A stretch of DNA of 64,000 nt. Origin: Utricularia gibba. Its lineage: Eukaryota > Plantae > Magnoliophyta. The translations under genes were made by a program, and so were the position numbers. Shown here in pieces: positions 12,853-26,258 of the stretch. The notes beneath the pieces were generated by a model. That model had not been told where the DNA came from and searched no databases. It was given only the letters and a program-made list of their open reading frames with translations. Position 1 is the first letter of the stretch. Each line of letters begins with the position of its first letter. The stretch covers positions 1 to 64,000 of the forward strand of contig NEEC01000010.1 in the NCBI GenBank assembly GCA_002189035.1. Direction: 5' to 3'.

Positions 12853-14211
12853 AAGAAGTAGTATCCCATGGTTTCTTGTGGATATCCCAGAAAGAGACAC
12901 TTGTCAGATTTGTTCTCCAACTTATCTGACTTCAACCTTCTTACATAAGCAGGGCATCCCCAAGCTTTGAGGTAGGAGAAACTCGGTTTTCTACCAGTCC
13001 AAATCTCATAAGGAGTGGTTTCAACCGATTTCGATGGGGCTTTTTTCAAAACATGAGCTGCTGCCTCTAAAGCATATCCCCACATGGACTTTGGTAGTTC
13101 TGCAAAACTCGTCATGGATCGAACCATGTCAAGCAAAGTTCGATTTCTCCTCTCAGAAACAACATTGTGCTCAGGTGTATTAGGAGGAGTTCTTTCTGAG
13201 ACAATACCATTGTCCTTGAGATGATTCTTGAATTCATTACTCAAGTATTACCCACCACGATCTGATCGAAGTTTCTTGATGGAACGCTCAAGCTGGTTCT
13301 CGACCTCCATCCGAAACTCTTTGAACTTTTCAAAGGCTTCAGATTTTCGTTTCATCAAGTAAATGCGTCCATATCTTGAATGATCATCTGTAAAAGTGAT
13401 GAAATACGAGAAACCCCCTCTAGCAGTGATGCTCATTGGACCGCATACATCAAAATGTATTAAATCCAATAAGTTTTCAGCTCTTGCTCCTTTTCCAAGA
13501 AAAGGTTGCTTTTTCATTTTTCCCAATAAACAAGATTCGCATGTTTCATAAGATTCAAAATCTTCTAAGTCCAAATATGCCAATCGATATAAGTACTCAA
13601 CACGCTTCTTGTTTATATGGCCTAAATGACAATGCCAGAGGTAAGAATTCAAGACATTGTCAATCCTTGGCCTTTTTATGCACATGTTAATCTGTTCCGA
13701 ATCATGATGATCCAAAACATATATTCCGTTTACTATCGTAGCAGTACCAAATGCACATTCCCTCGTCGTATGGAACAACAATTGTTCTTTATAGAAAACT
13801 CGAAACCAATCTTGTCCAAACAAGAAATAGAGACGATGTTCTTAGACAATGAAGGAACACAATAAACAGAATCTAATTCAAGAGATAATCCAGAAGGTAG
13901 GGCGATGTGGCAAGTCCCAACTGCCATGGCAACAACTCGTGCACCATTCCCAACTCTTAGGTCAACATTGCCTTTCTTCAAGATTCTACTACTCATTAGG
14001 TCCTGCATGTTAGTGCAAATGTGAGCACCACAACCAAAATCTAACACCCAAGAACCATTCTTGATAGTAGTGTTAATCTCAATCATGTGTATACCTGAAG
14101 CTGAATTCTCATTCTGCTTCTTGCCCTTGATTGACTCTAGATAGGCTTTGCAGTTTCTCTTCCAATGACCAGATTTCCCACAATGAAAGCATTCACCCTT
14201 AGCTGGTTTTT
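12853..14211 (-). pseudogene. Inverted copia segment: zinc knuckle-protease-GAG-pre-integrase-integrase
   Basis: The minus strand encodes CFHC knuckle, WVLDFGCGAHIC, LWHCHLGH...CESC, FITFTDDHSRYG, LRSDRGG*YLSNEF, SERRNRTLLDMVRSM and KCLFLGYPQETMGYYF. There is a frameshift near 13750 and a premature stop near 13248. Confidence 0.92.
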
Positions 14212-14477
14212 TGTGGATGAATAGCCTAATCCTATGACATCTTTGTAGTTAAAGATTTTACTCATATTTTTGTTAAAGTGCTAATGACACTTGGTGATGA
14301 AATGTGCAATGGAGTTGCATACATCAATTAAACTTGTTTATTATGAGATATAGCACAAAATGCAAGACCAGCATCTTAAATTAAAATTATGTTTATACAA
14401 ACTACATGATGAAGGTCACCATAAAGCATGTGAATTACTAGAGTCCCCAAGCTTCTCTAGAGTGTCTAGGCATTCTT

Positions 14478-14636
14478 TGTAACGACCTATGCTTACCTTG
14501 CACGATATTGTCTATTTCGAGCATCCCACCCTCACGGCTTTAGGCTCTCCCCTTCCAGGAAAAAGGCCTCATTCAAAAATAGGAAAGGACCCCTCGTATA
14601 AAACTATCTCTCGACCTCGTCCGTAACCGATGTCGG
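14478..14636 (-). mobile_element. TRIM-like short LTR (degenerate)
   Basis: TGTAACGACC...TTGCACGATATTGTC...AACCGATGT is shared with copies at 26087, 28857 and 61746, and resembles the reverse complement of plant TRIM LTRs. Confidence 0.6.
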
Positions 14637-14639
14637 AGC

Positions 14640-15070
14640 TTATTGGTAAATTTTGAATTGTGTTCAAATTTATATGCTGTAGGAATTATGATAAGATTAT
14701 AATGTGAGATTCTTCAAGCATTTATGTTCACGTTAAAAATTTCCTAACTAAAGTATTTGTGAAATGAGGATATTACAAATGCCGATAAATTGACTTATAT
14801 TGAGTTCCCTAAATTGTTTATGTAATGGTTCTCACAATTGATGTAATGAGATTATTAGAAACAATGTGCGGGTGTCGATTAGAGAATCGATTCATTGGAT
14901 GATTCGTCTTTAAAATGGTACTATGGGAAACTAACCAAGTATCAGTAGCAAGATCTCCAATATGATAGCTGTACAATTAAATTTAGACTTGGGTCAATAA
15001 AGTTATCTTGATCTTAAGTTCGCATTTTTGCTCGTTACTAATGGGAGTCTAACTATGGCTTGCCTAGTAT
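14640..15070 (+). mobile_element. Internal fragment of the Angela-like LTR
   Basis: Aligns by eye with ~58160-58560 (e.g. GTGTCGATTAGAGAATCGATTCA, AAAGTTATCTTGATCTTAAG). Confidence 0.8.
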
Positions 15071-18000
15071 TTTCAAATCTTAAAACACTGAAAGCTATAT
15101 ATTATCAATGACGAACACTAAAAGAGGTACAATCATAAAATACGGAGGCAATCATGTAAACATAGATTTGCATGTAAAACATAGAGTAGAAATTCAGAAC
15201 TCATTGTCCTACTTACTTCCAACCAAATCTTCTTCTTCCAAATTTATTAAGTGTCACTTTCTATCCGATTTAGTACGTATTTTTGGTTATTAATTTAGTA
15301 TGAAGGTGCTTAATTGGAAACAAAATTAAGTGTTATTGCATTTTTATTTTAGAAAATACAATTATTTTGCTATTATGTGTTTTTGCATTATATTTTCTTT
15401 TATTATTGTATAAAAAACCAGATCATCTATAAAACATATGGGGAAAACATGACTTCTAAATAAGTTAAATTGACCATGAGTACGATAACACCTCTTGGTC
15501 ATCGTTTATTAGTAGTCGGCTACTAGTAATGTATTTTGACACAGAGGAAGGTGAAGAGCACCACCTCTTACCTCTTGGTTTGAGAGATTTAATTTTGTAT
15601 GATTGGAAGATTTTGTTAATGAATGGATACTCTCATGTCATATCTCATGTCTCTTTTTAAAAGCCAAATCATAAAGTTTTACATGGAGTGCATAAGTTAG
15701 AAGTTTTGGTTGAACTTACTGCAATGAGCAACACTTTGAAATTTGGTTTCCAATCCATCCCACATGAACAAGGAAGATATCATGGAGCTTCAACCTAAGT
15801 CCCCTCTCACATTGATCTAGTATTTATAATTCAAAAAATGTTTAAAGACAATGCATCCCATCATCATTGAAGTGGCATATATAACTATGGAAATTACCAA
15901 ATGCTGAGAAGAGACTACCTTGATTTCTATTTGAGACAACTAGCACCACCTGGACAAGCACCATCATTAGAGGACTCATATATTGTTCCTCAAAAAACAA
16001 TCGCCACCCCATCATTAGGGAACTCCTATATTATTTTTTATCAACCAAACCACAACTTGGAGGCTATGATAAAATCGCTTGCTAAAGCACTGCCAATATG
16101 TATCAGCACAAAAAGACATGAATGAATAAATTAAGAGCATGGAAATGAAAGTCACTCAATTGATACTGGCTATGAATCGATTGAAAACATGAGGACTACC
16201 GTCACAACCAATGAGAAACCCAAAGCAAATTTAACGCAATTTCCTAAAGAAGCGGGAATGATTTGTGGATCCTTATCCAGAGTTTAGGGTTTAGGGTTGA
16301 CAATGATGATGAAGTTAATGAAGACATTATCTTGAAAATCCTGATGGTTCCCTTGTCCACAACATTACAAGAAGTTCATTAAACCAAGTCATTGATTATT
16401 CCATCATCTATCTCTATTAGGCTTTGTAGAAAAAGTAAGGATAAACGTCGATTAAGAGCTTTATGGAGATGATATAGAAGGTTAATGTAACCATTTTTTT
16501 TCTGGATATTTTGATCAAGCAAGTGCCCCATATGCGAAGACATTGAAGAATTTGCCATAACAAAGAGATGCATGTCTTCACCATGTTAAAGTAAATGACA
16601 TTTCCAATTGGTCATTTTCATATGTTCATTTTTCCTCATGTAATTGCTACCCTTTCATTTCTTCTTTGCTTTTATTTTTCTCTTTAAATCAAAGTGCTTA
16701 AAATGAGGTACCTTACAATCTTTCTCCAATAATAGACATTATCTCTTCAAAATAACTTTCAAGCTTCTTAAGGTCCTTGTGATACATTCACAATAAAGAG
16801 GGTTGTGTATTGTTGGTTTAAGAAGATATAGTCAATATAGGTAAATAAGAAGATGTGAGTAAGGGATACAATAGAGTTTGTCAACCAAAAGCAAGAAATA
16901 CAAGCATATAAAGGAGAAAAAACAAGGTTTCAGGGAATTGACTACCGATTGAACATGAAGGATTTTTTGAAGAGTGATCTTGAAACTATCTTCATAATCA
17001 TAGTAGATTTTCTTATGGTATATGGAGCACCTCAGGTTTTTCACATTTTTCCAAGTAACACTTCTGCAAATCTCATTTATTGTTTTTAATTAATAAGTGA
17101 TTTTGTATCACTATAAAACACATATTTGCATTATTCTTTAAGATATTTTTTTATCTATTTTATGTTTCACTTTTTCATTACTTTCTATTTATTTTATATC
17201 TTTTATACCAATTTAATTTTTCTAGGGAGAAAATACATTTTATGCACTTTTGGATTTTTGGGCTAATTTTAGGAAAAAGCTAGACCCAATAATTTATAAG
17301 TTTGATAAAACACTAGAATGAGTACAAGAATGAAGATTTGATCGAACATCCAACACTTAGATAAAGATTTAAGATACTTTTGAAATAGTATGGATAAGAG
17401 ATAAATAGAATATTTAATCTAAGCCCATTAATAAAACCCAATAGAAGATTTAAATTTTTTCTCATATAAATACTCTTTTACTCAACTATCAGAGATATCT
17501 TTTGATCAATTTTTCTCTTACTTTTCATATTTTGGGGTTTTTAATACTTTACAGTCAAGCAGGTGCATGTAAACCATTATGATTAAGGATCCTAGTGAAG
17601 CCATGTTTAAATAAATCTCTACATGTGTGAATTTTTTAATATTTAATTTTAGGTTTTGATTTCATTTCTGTGATATTTTATTTATACTATTATGCTCTTG
17701 ATTACTATAAAATTCAAAGAGTGTGTTTTATTTGTGGTATGAGATATGATGGAATTTATTTTAATTGGGATTTAAAGATTGGATGAGATTTATTTAATTG
17801 GGATTTCATTATATTTATCTGTAGTTGCATAGAAAATAACATGTATTTATGTATTTTTGATTTAAATGACATAATTGCTCTCCTTTGAATTAAAAACTTA
17901 GACATTAATACCTAAGATTTCTTGTTCGTTTCAAAATTCTTTTAGGTTGAAGCATACGGTGATTGATGTTTTTTTTTCTTAAATTTGATTCTTGAAAAAT

Positions 18001-19472
18001 ATTTTCAACTTATATATTCCGTTTTTTGAATTTATTTGTTTGGTTTGACGAAAGCCATTTTCCGCATCGAATCATTAATCCATAAATAACTATGCACATT
18101 AAATCATGAGATGCATGAAAACAAAGCATTTCCTAAATGAAATTAAAAACCCAAGCCAGTAAAATATGAAACTAGCGGTGAAAAATAAGATAAATGTGTT
18201 TAACTTACATCAAATTTCGGGATTAACTTACTGTAAAACGTGAAAGTTTTCTCTCTCCAAACCAATCAAACTATATGAAAAGACATCAAGTTTTCCGATC
18301 AATAGTTGCAAATGAGAAGAAAAAATTGATGTGTAATTATGTGCACGAACAAGAAATTTTGGCAGGTCCCTAATAGTCGAGATCTTGAAACCTCAGAATT
18401 TGTTTGTTGATGTGTAATTATGCACACGAAAAAGAATTTGTTTGTTGATGGCACGAAAAAGAAAGGTTTCATTTTATGATAAAAATGAAGGAAATGATGG
18501 TATCTAAAAATAAATGCTCAATCGGATGTTATTGTTATTGGCCAAATTTTCTTGTGAAGGGTGATTTATAGAAGATATGATGGAATATGAGAAAACATGG
18601 ATGATGGTAATTTTACAAGTATATAGAAACTGTCCAGTAATTAAATAAGATAATATCGATATGAAATTGTTATTAGAATTTTCTTTTGAAAACAATGATT
18701 CAACAAGACTAGAAAAAAACAAAAATTTGATTTGAAAAATAATAAGAAAAGTAGCATCCATCTTAATCAAAACTCATTTAAATTTATGTATGCAAACTTT
18801 GAGAATTCACCTATTTGTACAAGTTATGAGGATGCTATTATAAAATAGTACTACTCAATGATCTTTATAATAGCATCCCTTATTTAGTTGAATTATATAA
18901 TTAACCACGCCATCATAATAATTTCACCTATTATGATAACTCATATCTAATCCTTACACCTGTATGAGATTAAGCCTCCTTTATGGGTGTCAACTCAGCT
19001 CGTGGTTCATGCGTGTTAAGGCTCAATTTCTATTTTCACATCTGGGCCTTGTTCATAAGGGAGCATCTTCTTAGGCAATGCGTTTGTAGGTGTTCCACAT
19101 ATAGATGTCTTTTCTCAAATATTTTGTACCGGAGTTTTTGTTATGTGAACATAATTATCTGGCTCCTTTAGGGTGTGTCATACTCGTGTTCTATTTATTA
19201 TTGGGTTCACGAATGTGGCTCCCTCTCTCAGTGCGTATCTTCTGAAATTATGAGTATGTGAAAAGCTAATTGAGGGTTCAAAATCAATTACGATAATTGA
19301 TACCGCATTGAGCATCGAGGATGAGATGTTTGAGCTTTTGTTGCAAAAGTTTCCTTACCTACAACACTGGTTTCACTAAACAACTCAACATTCTCTCAAT
19401 CGTCCCCCCACCCCCCGCGCCCCTACAGCTACTGCTGCGGCGTCAGCGAACGCTCTCCCTATCGACGCTGCA

Positions 19473-22257
19473 ATGATTAGTAATACCTCTCAGGCCTACC
19501 TACAAAGTAGATGTGTCTCCGAAACCAAGGCCCTCATCGCGGATCTCTGCCGTCAATTCTATCATCTGGGCTGGGTATCTGGAACTGGCGGCAGCATCAC
19601 CGTCAAAGTTCACGATGATTCCATTCCCAAAGCCCAACAGCTAATTGTCATGTCCCCCTCAGGTTCCTCCTCATCTTTAGGCGATTTTCGGACTTCCCAG
19701 GGTATCAACGATGCGTTTTCTTTCGTCTGTTTTGTAGGTGTGCAGAAGGAAAGGATGGTGGAAGAGGATATGTATGTGCTGTCCTCTGATGGTCACCTGC
19801 TGACTCAGCCTTCATCCAAACCTTGGCCGCATAAGCCACCTAAATGTTCTGATTGCGGACCGCTTTTCATGAAGGTATTAAAATACCTGACTTGAGTCAC
19901 CACCTTCAAGCTTCGTCCATCTTGTTCACTCTTACTGTCGCTATTCATTTAGCACAATATCATTGGATGCTCATCCCCGTGTAAAATCTTCTTGCTTCAA
20001 TACTTTGATTTCGTGGTCATTTGTCTGAACAAGCAGCTCCAGCATCAGTTGAAAAAGAAAGCTGGCGGATAAGTAATGAAATTCATCTTGCTTTGCATGT
20101 TTTTTATCTTGCATTATCTTTGTCCTCATGGTAATGCTGAATGGTTCCTTGAATATGTAATTCAATATTCCAAGCGCTATCATGTACTTTAGGCATACGA
20201 AATGGGTAATGCTGGGGCTGTCATTCACAGCCATGGTATGGAATCTTGCCTTGTCACGATGCTCAATCCATCTTCAAAAGAATTTCGGGTATGGATTTGT
20301 TCTTTAATCATGAAGATGAAAGTTGGCATTATCTATAATCCCTAAGATCCTTCGTTCTTTTTCTTATAGATTACCCACATGGAAATGATAAAAGGAATTC
20401 AAGGCCATGGATATTATGATGAACTTGTTATCCCAATCATAGAGAACACTGCACATGAAAGAGAGCTCACAGATTCTCTTGCAGATGCAGTACACTCGTC
20501 TTTCCTGCCTAGAAACTGTGTATACTTTTGATGTAAAATACAAACTTCATCACTTGATAGAACCATTTTACTAAAACATTGCAGATTATAGCTTACCCAA
20601 AGGCCACGGCTGTGCTGGTCCGCAACCATGGAGTTTATATATGGGGGATTCCTGGATCAGTGCAAAGACACAGGTGGTTTTTCAGGGGTTAATATATGTT
20701 AGGAACACATTTTTATGTGCTTGTCGTCAACTTCTGTGATAGTGATCATTCGTCCAGAACTATCTATCCTGTTCCCATCCTGAGTTTTGTTTTTTTAGAG
20801 GCATGAAATTGGAAAAGTGCTTCTTATGTCATTCCACCTTTTATGTTTGTACATTTTTTCATTTGCAAATTACATGTCCAGGCTGAATGCTATCACTATC
20901 TCTTTGATGCTGCCATTAAACTTCATCAATTAGGATTAGACTGGTCATCACCATCCCATGGTCCGATTGATCACTCAAAGGGGTTCGGAGGAAACAACTG
21001 GAACCCAGAGTGTTTGCAAAAGGAAAGGCTTGTGAGGAAGATAGTCACCCACCTAATGTGAGTACCATAGCCCTTTGATGTTACATAATGAGATATCGGC
21101 CACTACTACTTATTCTTGATTGAATAAAATTGGCCAACTGCAGCGCTGCATTTTGCTGGACATTGAAGGAACTACTACTCCTATTTCATTTGTAACAGAT
21201 GTTCTTTTTCCATATGCTCGTGACAATGCTGGAAAGCATTTGGAATTAACATACGATTCTTCAGAAACACAGGATGATATCAAGATGCTCATTGCTCAAG
21301 TGAGATGGCAATCCGGAATATCACATTTTCCCATTGCATTAAAAGTAATCGTTACACATTTTCTTGGATCAGATACATGAAGATCTTGAGAAGGGAATTG
21401 CTGGAGCAGTTCCCATCCCCTCCAATGGAAAGAAAGAGGATGAAATAGCTGCTTTGGTGGCTAACGTACAGGCTATGATCAAAGCTGATCGGAAGATTAC
21501 TTCACTAAAACAACTGCAGGTTTTATGGAAAATGATCTGGCTTATTATGGCTTTTGAGCTTCTAGTATTCAAATTTTTCTGTTTCATCCTCAGGGTCATA
21601 TATGGAAAACAGGGTTTCAAAGGAAGGAGATTGAGGCAATTGTATTTGATGATGTGCCTGCAGCTCTTGAAAAATGGACTGCTCTTGGAATTAAGGTTAC
21701 TCTTGCGCTCCTTTCTGTGCTCTACTTATAGGAAGCACCATTTTTAGTGAATGTGTTTTCGTTTTAGGTTTATATATACTCCAGTGGTAGCCGGTTGGCC
21801 CAGAGGCTCTTGTTCAGCAACACGAATTTTGGAGATTTGAGAAAACATCTCTCGGGTTTTTTCGACACCACTGTCGGGTAAGCTAGTTCTGACGAGATAG
21901 CAATTATAATTAAAATTTGCTTCCCAACTCTGGGTCCGTTTGCCCTTCTCACTTTTAACAACACGTCTGCTGGTTCAGTAACAAGAGAGAAACAAAAAGC
22001 TACAAAGAAATCACCGAGTCACTTGGGGTGGATAACCCATCCGAAGTTTTATTCATCACCGATGTCTACCAAGAAGCGGCAGCTGCGAGTGCAGCAGGTA
22101 TCCAGGAAGTAGTTTCTCAACTTTTGCTTATTTTGGTGATGATCATCCGCACATATGTGTTTCAGGATTGAATGTCGCAATCACTGTACGACCTGGTAAC
22201 GGACCTCTCCCAGAAAATCATGCATTCAGGACAATAAGGTCCTTCTCTGAAATCTAA
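19473..22257 (+). CDS. DEP1: Bifunctional methylthioribulose-1-phosphate dehydratase / enolase-phosphatase E1 (methionine salvage), 12 exons
   Basis: Exons 19473-19662, 19738-19874, 20193-20288, 20370-20489, 20585-20673, 20882-21057, 21144-21299, 21373-21519, 21594-21695, 21768-21877, 21979-22097 and 22166-22257, all GT-AG. MtnB motifs: [38 protein letters not shown] motifs: [18 protein letters not shown]. Stop TAA at 22255-22257. Exons 5 and 6 are each 1 nt short. Confidence 0.95.
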
Positions 22258-24183
22258 TGTGGAAATGCTGTCTCCTGCACTGCAAGGCTGCCAGTAATGG
22301 AAGGTTTTCTGTCTTTGTCTACTATTTGAGAGAAACTTTGGTGTTGTGTAATACACTATGCTGGCTTAGAATAAGTTGTGTCGATCAAGATCCTTGATGA
22401 TACACGTTTAATATATATGATCCTTTGGATACTCTCACGGATGGAAAACACTGATATTGTCCATATTATTAATATTTCTTTTGATCAAATTATTTAATAA
22501 CCGTCCTATCAAATCTTATAATTTTAGTAGTTAATTTATTTTCTTAATTTTAATATGTAAAATAGATTTAATTATAATATTATTATTTTAGTTTTAATTA
22601 TATTGATTTATCATATATTAGTAATGTCAAATATTTGACGAACATCGTTGGTCAAAATTAAATGTAAACATTGATCATTTTACAAGTTGAGTATGCAGTC
22701 TTAGGTAGCTTTGTTTTGAACATGCCCTCGAAGGCAGCCTTGATGTGCACTTAAAGGTGGTTTTATCTTGAAAACATGCTTGGGGGCAAGTTTGAGTGCC
22801 TAAGAAGGCAAGGCTGTTGCAAATCAAGTGCTTGATGTTTTTTCTATAACTGCATCCAAAAATAAACAAAGAAGATAAGTAAATAGTTACAAAAAAACTA
22901 CATATAATAAAGATGCAATTGAACCACATTCCATGTTCTGGGAAGAGGGTTGCATCCAAGGTCTCTAGGTAAGAACCTTGTTGATTCAACATAATCCTTC
23001 CCATTGCGTCTATGGCTTCCGTAGTTGCTCAGAGGTGAGAATATTCTCTAGGACAAACAATTCTGTTATGTGTTGCTTCCATTATGCACTAGTGTTGCAA
23101 TATTAGCATTTGAACTAGAGTTTGATTACTTTCATGATTGATGCATGAGCCCTTGTGCACATCTTCCATTGTTGTCTGCACTTGTTTTGGTGTGAGACAT
23201 TGAAGTAGATTTTTGTTTAGAGACTTCTAGTAGAGGGTTTTAACAAGTGAGTAGCCGCAAGCCACACCATCTTTATCATTAGGCAGGGCATCTATGGATG
23301 AGTATGCCCAATAATAATCAATCGAAGAAGAGGTAGAAGTTTGTAATTGGAGCAATTGCAATTGAAATTGAGGCTTTACCCATGCATCCCATGTAGATTG
23401 TGGTACCTAGAAAAATTTGAAAATCAAGATGTCCAATTATTCCAAGAAATCCGAAATGCATAGGCTTCATGTTTTGAGTTGTTAATTTTATGTGTGTGGA
23501 TTTAGCTCATCTTCATTCTTATTGATATTTGAGACTTTTGAGATGATTAAAAATGTCTTTTTTCAGCTAAGCCTTGATGGGGGAATCATATCAAAGTGTG
23601 ATGAGTATGAATGAAGAGGAAACTCATTGTGACATTGATGTATGAGGTGATGATGAAGATATATATTTAACTTAAAAAAACGAGATTATTTATCTTTAAA
23701 TTGGCATGAACATTTCAGTCATGATAGAAAAGTGACCAAGTTATATTGTGCTACCATATATGATCATGGCAAGCATGGCTCTACTTCAAATTATATGTGA
23801 TATTAGAAACAAGTATAAAGATAAAAGGACATAGTTCGTTGAGATAGTATTATGTACATCCCTTGAAATCTAGTGAGACCTTTTTCTAGAAGTAAAAAAT
23901 TCATTTATAAGTAATTTTCATCAATTTAGGTTGCAGCCTAGATTCACTTTAATATTAAGAAGAAAAGCGATTTGAAATGTTGAAGAATTCGCAAAAAAGA
24001 AAAGCATGTGTAGTCTATGTTTTTGAATGTATAAAATGCAAATTTGGATTAGTGTGTGATAGTTAGGATAGTATAAATGGGGAGAATTATATGGTTTTGA
24101 CAACTCATTAATCTTGATAATGCGTCTAATATTGCTACTACAACCTTGATATAAGATCTTCAATGAATTCAATTTTCACTGAT

Positions 24184-25492
24184 TATTGTGTGTCATTTAT
24201 TTCATAAATTTTAAATATGAATAACGTAAAATACAATTTAGTATTGTACGAGTGTCGATCTCATGTAATTGAATTTTGTGAAAAGTGTGTTAGCACTAAC
24301 TTATTACAAATTGTCATGAGTTTGTAAGAAAGGTTTTCAAATACCAAAATATGAATACAACGAAAGTAATAGATATTGATTAAAGGAATCAATTCCTAGG
24401 AAAGAGATTCCATTTTTTTCTTTGTCTTTTCTCGCTTAGACTTTCACTAGTTTCTTCCGAATATCTAGTTATTAGAGCAAAAAATAGTTTACTCACCCTT
24501 ACATTCTTTTACAACAAGGCACGAGAATAGCCTCATATGATTTTCTATTGGACGATTGAGAGGATAAAAAGATTGTCATTGATTGCCCTCAAAACGAAAT
24601 TCTGCATGTGTGCTTGGCTATTGCTAATAACCAATGGCTTGAGTATGATGTCACTACCCATTCATTAATGAAGTATTCCGATCATAGACAATTTGCTATC
24701 TTTTTTGAACTAATAGGGTTGGAGATAATGTTCTTCACCTTGTTCTACATCAAAATCCACGAGGAGTAACCGGCTACTCATGGACCATGACAAAGAATCT
24801 TTATAGAAATACTATAACATTACTCGTGGAAATATGTGAAATTAGGAGAAAGTTAATGAAGAACTGAGATTTGTACTCAAGACAATAAAGAAAACTTTAT
24901 CAATGCATAGAAATTAAGAAAGTCTAGCCACAAATGACCATAACAAATAGAAACGAAAATAGAAAAGTAGAAGTCTTCTTTCTTTCTATGGTGAAGAGGA
25001 AAAACAAAAGTTCAAGTGCCAAAAATAAGTTTCAAGTGTGGAAAGAAAAACGTTTTGTATAATGACTTCGAGATCTCCTTTAATTCACATCCCACGTGAA
25101 TTTACTTCTGCTCCCCTTCCTTCATTCTTTCTGTCTTGCACATTTAGTCAGGTTTCTTATTCGTGAAAGTAATCGTCCAATCATTACAACAGACTTTGAC
25201 ATGTCATAAGGCATGGAGCATGCACAACGTGAGTCTTCCACCTATCATGGATCCAAGTCATGTATAAGCTATAAAATGCTAGTGTTTTGTCCCCTACAAA
25301 TATCTTGCGACACTCTAACATTGCTTCCTACAACTTTTGGGTGAAAGTACACAAAAAACAGCATAAAAATATAATACTAACTTTTTTCATATAAAAATAT
25401 AATGTTTATTAATATAACTCCTAATTAGGTAACTTATTCCTAAATTAACATATAACAATATATAATAAACATGTAGAAAATGATGGTTAATA
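24184..25492 (-). mobile_element. Degenerate Athila-type LTR (same family as 35898-37203)
   Basis: Colinear with 35898-37203 through shared blocks (GTACGAGTGTCGATCTC, GCTACTCATGGACC, CCCACGTG, TAGAAAATGA) and of near-equal length (~1.31 kb). No TSD seen. Confidence 0.7.
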
Positions 25493-26086
25493 TATTCTTT
25501 CATACTTAAATTATGTTTGTCCTCAAGTATGATTTACAAAAATGATAGAACCTAAATCATGACGCATTACTAAAGTACCATCATCCTATTTCGAGTATTT
25601 GCTCCAATTTTTTTCCTATCCTTCCATCAAATTAAGGTTAGCCACACAAATAAGCATAAATCAGATAAAGACTTAGATCGGTGACTACTTAATACACTAG
25701 CATCATTGAGGTAAATAGAAGCAATAAGAAACATACACTATAGAGACTAAAGGACTTCTTTTCTCTCTATTTTTTCTTTGAAAGGAGTCTTTGCTTTGGA
25801 GAAGATTGTTTGGATTAAGAAACTTTATGTGTGGTGATTAATTATGGTTTCACTAAACAATGTTACCTTTGGCACCCCTTATGTCTTTTTTTTTGGTCTA
25901 TTCACTATAGGAACAACATAAATATGTGAAATGAAAGGAAATAGTTAGGCATATTCGTGGTGTGGTCTTTCCCAATAAGAGCTTGATATCTAAAAAGAAA
26001 AAGAATTGAAGTATTTTCTAGCAGCAAGGAAGTAACGAACCTAAATATGATCAATCCTAAAGTCCTAACTTTAATCAAACAAATGT

Positions 26087-26258
26087 TGTCACGACCCACC
26101 CTTTTCTTGCACGATATTGTCCGCTTTGGGCACCCAATCCTCGCGGTTTTACATTATCTCCTTTCAGGGAAAAGGCTTCATGCAAGATTCACAAAGTCCC
26201 TCTATTTAAGCACGTCCCTCCCCTGTCCATAACCAATGTAGGATATGTAACTGTCACA
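26087..26258 (-). mobile_element. TRIM-like short LTR
   Basis: TGTCACGACC...CTTGCACGATATTGTCC...CCCTCTATTTAAGCAC...AACCAATGT; same family as 14478 and 28857. Confidence 0.6.

Noticed and set aside
16280-16300. TTTAGGGTTTAGGG telomere-like repeat
   Set aside because: Only two units, so it is not an interstitial telomeric array.
18961-19180. TG...CA-bounded segment upstream of DEP1 resembling a small solo LTR
   Set aside because: No TSD (ACACC/TACTC) and no second copy in the window.
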